Positions 49,000-53,539 of a stretch of DNA of 53,539 nt are shown here, piece by piece (positions within the stretch are counted from its first letter, which is position 1; each line of letters begins with the position of its first letter). The notes beneath the pieces are model-generated. The model saw only the letters and a list, made by a program, of their open reading frames with translations. It had not been told where the DNA came from and made no database searches. The DNA is from Octopus bimaculoides (lineage: Eukaryota), in contig NC_068994.1 of the NCBI RefSeq assembly GCF_001194135.2, forward strand, positions 55,835,266-55,888,804, written 5' to 3'. A program made the position numbers and the translations under genes.

Positions 49000-50170
49000 G
49001 TAATGCTCACATTACTTAAATAAATTGAAGTAGCATGAAACGTGCGTACTGCAATCACTTTTGAAATCCGTGTTGCTTATTGTTTGATTTTAATCACCCA
49101 TCCTTTTGGGATGTGATATTCGGGTGCCTTCGCATAAGTACCATATTCAAGCCTTGAATATATATATATATATATANNNNNNNNNNNNNNNNNNNNNNNN
49201 NNNNNNNNNNNNNNNNNNNNNNNNNNNNNNNNNNNNNNNNNNNNNNNNNNNNNNNNNNNNNNNNNNNNNNNNNNNNNNNNNNNNNNNNNNNNNNNNNNNN
49301 NNNNNNNNNNNNNNNNNNNNNNNNNNNNNNNNNNNNNNNNNNNNNNNNNNNNNNNNNNNNNNNNNNNNNNNNNNNNNNNNNNNNNNNNNNNNNNNNNNNN
49401 NNNNNNNNNNNNNNNNNNNNNNNNNNNNNNNNNNNNNNNNNNNNNNNNNNNNNNNNNNNNNATATATATATATATAAAATTCACGTATACTTATAACGAG
49501 AGAATTCAGAAGTCTTTCTTGCAATACTGATTTAAAAGACATATTGACCAGTTATAAGCACGGACAGAAGGACAGAAGGGCCACTAAGTTCCTGTGAGGG
49601 ATCTCTTGGAAGTCACCATTCAAATAAGTACCACAATGCGGAAACAAGAAATTTCAGTGTTAATCAATAATATACTTTACAACTTGCATTTAGGACACCC
49701 TTTTTCTCATTGACAGGCTATAATTCAATATATATATCGTTGTTGTTATGCAAAAGTGTTGCAATCCAAAACGTTGCTAATTCTGAAAGCGAAAAAATAG
49801 TTTCGCCATTACATTTTTTCTTTTTTTTTACGTTAGCAACAGTTTCAGATAAGCAATACTACTTCGTTGGATGCATAAAATCCTAACTCCATGCATGTAT
49901 GATATTTTCAGTCAGAAATAGTTTTGCAAAACCTGTCGTATGTGGGACTTACTACACTTTTGTAAAATGCTAAACCATTGTGCTACACTTCGACAATTTT
50001 CTTACCTTCCATCTATAGCAGCCGGAGATACGATAGTTTGACCAAAAGAACGACTATTGCAAACAAAATTAAATATTGAAAGAAAAACGCATTTGACCAA
50101 ATTTGGACATACGACAGTTTAACATAATAGCAACGACATATACATCCATATATATATACATATACATATA

Positions 50171-50628
50171 TGGCATCGCTATGTGCTAAGAGGATTGCTT
50201 CCCAACCACAAGGTTTCGGGTTTAATCCCAGACCATGGCACCTTGGGCAAGCGCCTTTTACTATATAGCCTCGGGCGGACCAAAGTCTAGTTTGTGGGCT
50301 TGGTAGACGGAAACTGAAAAGAAGCCCGCCGTATATATATAAATCTATATGTATGTGTATGTATATATATGTGTGTGTGTTTGTTTGTTTCTCTCTTTCT
50401 TTGTCTCTATGTTTCTCCCTACCACCCCCACTCCCACTGGACAACCAATGTTGGTGTGTTTAAGTACTCGCAAACTAGCGGTTCGGCAAAAGACACCAAC
50501 AGAACTAATTCGAAGCTTACAAGAAAAAAGGCAAACACCATCTAGCATCGATTCATTCGACTACAAAAGCATTTATCAAAGTAGTGACCCAGCATGGCCG
50601 CTGTCTAATGACAGCAACAAATAAAGAA
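50171..50628 (+). mobile_element. Full-length SINE family B
   Basis: Same architecture as 26821-27446; GGCACCTTGGGCAAG core, internal (TA)/(TG)n, CCAGCATGGCCGC tail. Confidence 0.8.
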
Positions 50629-51598
50629 TCAATGACGTATAGACATATTACATATGCATGTCTGTTTTTCTTTTCTTTTATTGCGTGTATTTATTCACGA
50701 GTACTTATTTCTAAATTTCTATATATCCGTAGTTAACAATTGATATTTATTTTGCGAATAGTAAAAAAAAAAAAAAATCTATAGTAAATACATTTGAAGA
50801 CTTTATGTGTTAGGTTATATGGTGTATTTATTCTTTCGTTATAGGCTATTTTTTCTTTAGTTTGTTTTTTTCTTGTTTTTTTTCTTTTTTTGTTTGTTTG
50901 TTTCTTTCTGCGGAATACGAATGACATTATGAAATATTTAGTAGTTCCATATATTTGCTGAGAAACGTTTTGTTAGCAGTAAGCAAGGATACAAATAGAG
51001 AAAAATAAAATAAAATAATATAAACTAAAACAAAAAAATATACATATATATATATAGAGAAAGAGACAGAGAGAGCGAGAGAGAGAGAGAGNNNNNNNNN
51101 NNNNNNNNNNNNNNNNNNNNNNNNNNNNNNNNNNNNNNNNNNNNNNNNNNNNNNNNNNNNNNNNNNNNNNNNNNNNNNNNNNNNNNNNNNNNNNNNNNNN
51201 NNNNNNNNNNNNNNNNNNNNNNNNNNNNNNNNNNNNNNNNNNNNNNNNNNNNNNNNNNNNNNNNNNNNNNNNNNNNNNNNNNNNNNNNNNNNNNNNNNNN
51301 NNNNNNNNNNNNNNNNNNNNNNNNNNNNNNNNNNNNNNNNNNNNNNNNNNNNNNNNNNNNNNNNNNNNNNNNNNNNNNNNNNNNNNNNNNNNNNNNNNNN
51401 NNNNNNNNNNNNNNNNNNNNNNNNNNNNNNNNNNNNNNNNNNNNNNNNNNNNNNNNNNNNNNNNNNNNNNNNNNNNNNNNNNNNNNNNNNNNNNNNNNNN
51501 NNNNNNNNNNNNNNNNNNNNNNNNNNNNNNNNNNNNNNNNNNNNNNNNNNNNNNNNNNNNNNNNNNNNNNNNNNNNNNNNNNNNNNNNNNNNNNNNNN

Positions 51599-51630
<32 letters not shown>

Positions 51631-52114
51631 ATATACATATATACATATATATATATAGAGAAAGAGACAGAGAGAGCGAGAGAGAGAGAGAGGGAGAGAG
51701 AGAGAGAAAGAGAGACAGAGATAGACAGACAGACAGACAGACACAGAGACAGAGACACAAAGAGAAATACAAAGGAATATGTTATGTTTTCGCTTACATT
51801 GTCTCTGCATATCATTAAAAAATCATAAATTATTCTTTGCAACATTCACGAGGAAAATACAATTAAAAACAAACAAATATACAGATAAAAGCAAAAGAAA
51901 AACAAGAAGAAACAAAAAAAAAGCAAAACAAAACAAAAACAAACACGAAAGGAAACAAATATATTCTGAACAAACAAAGAAACAATTAAATTTTTGAATA
52001 AATATAGAAATTATATGTAAGTAGGTAAAGGAATGTGTATACACACACATATATACATACATACATATGTACATGAATATGTACATGCATACACATACGT
52101 ATATACATATACAC

Positions 52115-52147
<33 letters not shown>

Positions 52148-52756
52148 NNNNNNNNNNNNNNNNNNNNNNNNNNNNNNNNNNNNNNNNNNNNNNNNNNNNN
52201 NNNNNNNNNNNNNNNNNNNNNNNNNNNNNNNNNNNNNNNNNNNNNNNNNNNNNNNNNNNNNNNNNNNNNNNNNNNNNNNNNNNNNNNNNNNNNNNNNNNN
52301 NNNNNNNNNNNNNNNNNNNNNNNNNNNNNNNNNNNNNNNNNNNNNNNNNNNNNNNNNNNNNNNNNNNNNNNNNNNNNNNNNNNNNNNNNNNNNNNNNNNN
52401 NNNNNNNNNNNNNNNNNNNNNNNNNNNNNNNNNNNNNNNNNNNNNNNNNNNNNNNNNNNNNNNNNNNNNNNNNNNNNNNNNNNNNNNNNNNNNNNNNNNN
52501 NNNNNNNNNNNNNNNNNNNNNNNNNNNNNNNNNNNNNNNNNNNNNNNNNNNNNNNNNNNNNNNNNNNNNNNNNNNNNNNNNNNNNNNNNNNNNNNNNNNN
52601 NNNNNNNNNNNNNNNNNNNNNNNNNNNNNNNNNNNNNNNNNNNNNNNNNNNNNNNNNNNNNNNNNNNNNNNNNNNNNNNNNNNNNNNNNNNNNNNNNNNN
52701 NNNNNNNNNNNNNNNNNNNNNNNNNNNNNNNNNNNNNNNNNNNNNNNNNNNNNNNN

Positions 52757-52831
<75 letters not shown>

Positions 52832-52983
52832 ATATATATATATATGTATGTATGTATGTGTATATATGCCAGGGCGGAAGAATGAAAGAAAGAATGTAGA
52901 CAAGAATGAAAAGTAAGGAATAAAAGAAAGGCATTGGAAAGAAAAAAAATTTCAAAAAAAGAACAACTAACGCTGCTCCTGGA

Positions 52984-52999
52984 ACTACTACTACTACTT

Positions 53000-53076
<77 letters not shown>

Positions 53077-53125
53077 ACTACTACTACTACTACATCTACT
53101 ACTACTACTGCTGCTGCTGCTGCTA
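52984..53125. repeat. (ACT)n/(GCT)n compound repeat
   Basis: Directly visible. Confidence 0.95.
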
Positions 53126-53360
53126 CACTAACTAGTAAAGTAAAAGATCAACACAAAGAAATGTTTATATATCCAATGTAAAAAACAGAAATTTGTACAT
53201 ATACATACATACATATGTATATATACATACATATATATATATATATATAATTGCATGTATACATATATATGTGTTTGCGTGTGTATGTGTAAACTTAGAA
53301 GCAGTTTTTGCTGAACAGGTTAATAGAAGCGTGAAATAACAACATGTATTCATAAATGCA

Positions 53361-53401
<41 letters not shown>

Positions 53402-53491
53402 ACACAAATGCACACACATACGCAACGTTCAAACACACGCACGCACACATGAAAACGTATTCGTCATATACATACTTAAATACACGCACAA

Positions 53492-53522
<31 letters not shown>

Positions 53523-53539
53523 ATATATATATATATATA

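Overview
AT-rich, microsatellite-saturated animal genomic DNA from a gapped draft assembly; almost every N gap is flanked by (AT)n, (CA)n or (GA)n. The SINE and LINE sequences resemble those I know from octopus genomes (inference). Only one long genuine ORF is present: an intronless 413-aa frame (36918-38159, +; likely start 37005) encoding a coiled-coil protein with a Cys cluster and a C-terminal tail-anchor. On the minus strand I can piece together a phase-compatible chain of short exons from about 23.3 kb to 8.8 kb. Their translation has catalytic-loop-like (FLDSNWRN) and DFG-like (KLIDLD) motifs, reminiscent of divergent secretory-pathway kinases (FAM69/DIPK, POMK, PKDCC). This is a hand-built, unverified gene model. 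The rest is repeats: at least four tRNA-derived SINE-like families, decayed RTE, R4/Dong-like and Penelope-like retroelement fragments (two with minimal hammerhead-ribozyme-like motifs), a hAT-type MITE, spacer-less foldback palindromes and many simple repeats. Nearly all other entries in the ORF track are artefacts of N-runs or microsatellites. I see no CRISPR array, rRNA or convincing tRNA gene, and no clearly novel multi-gene system.
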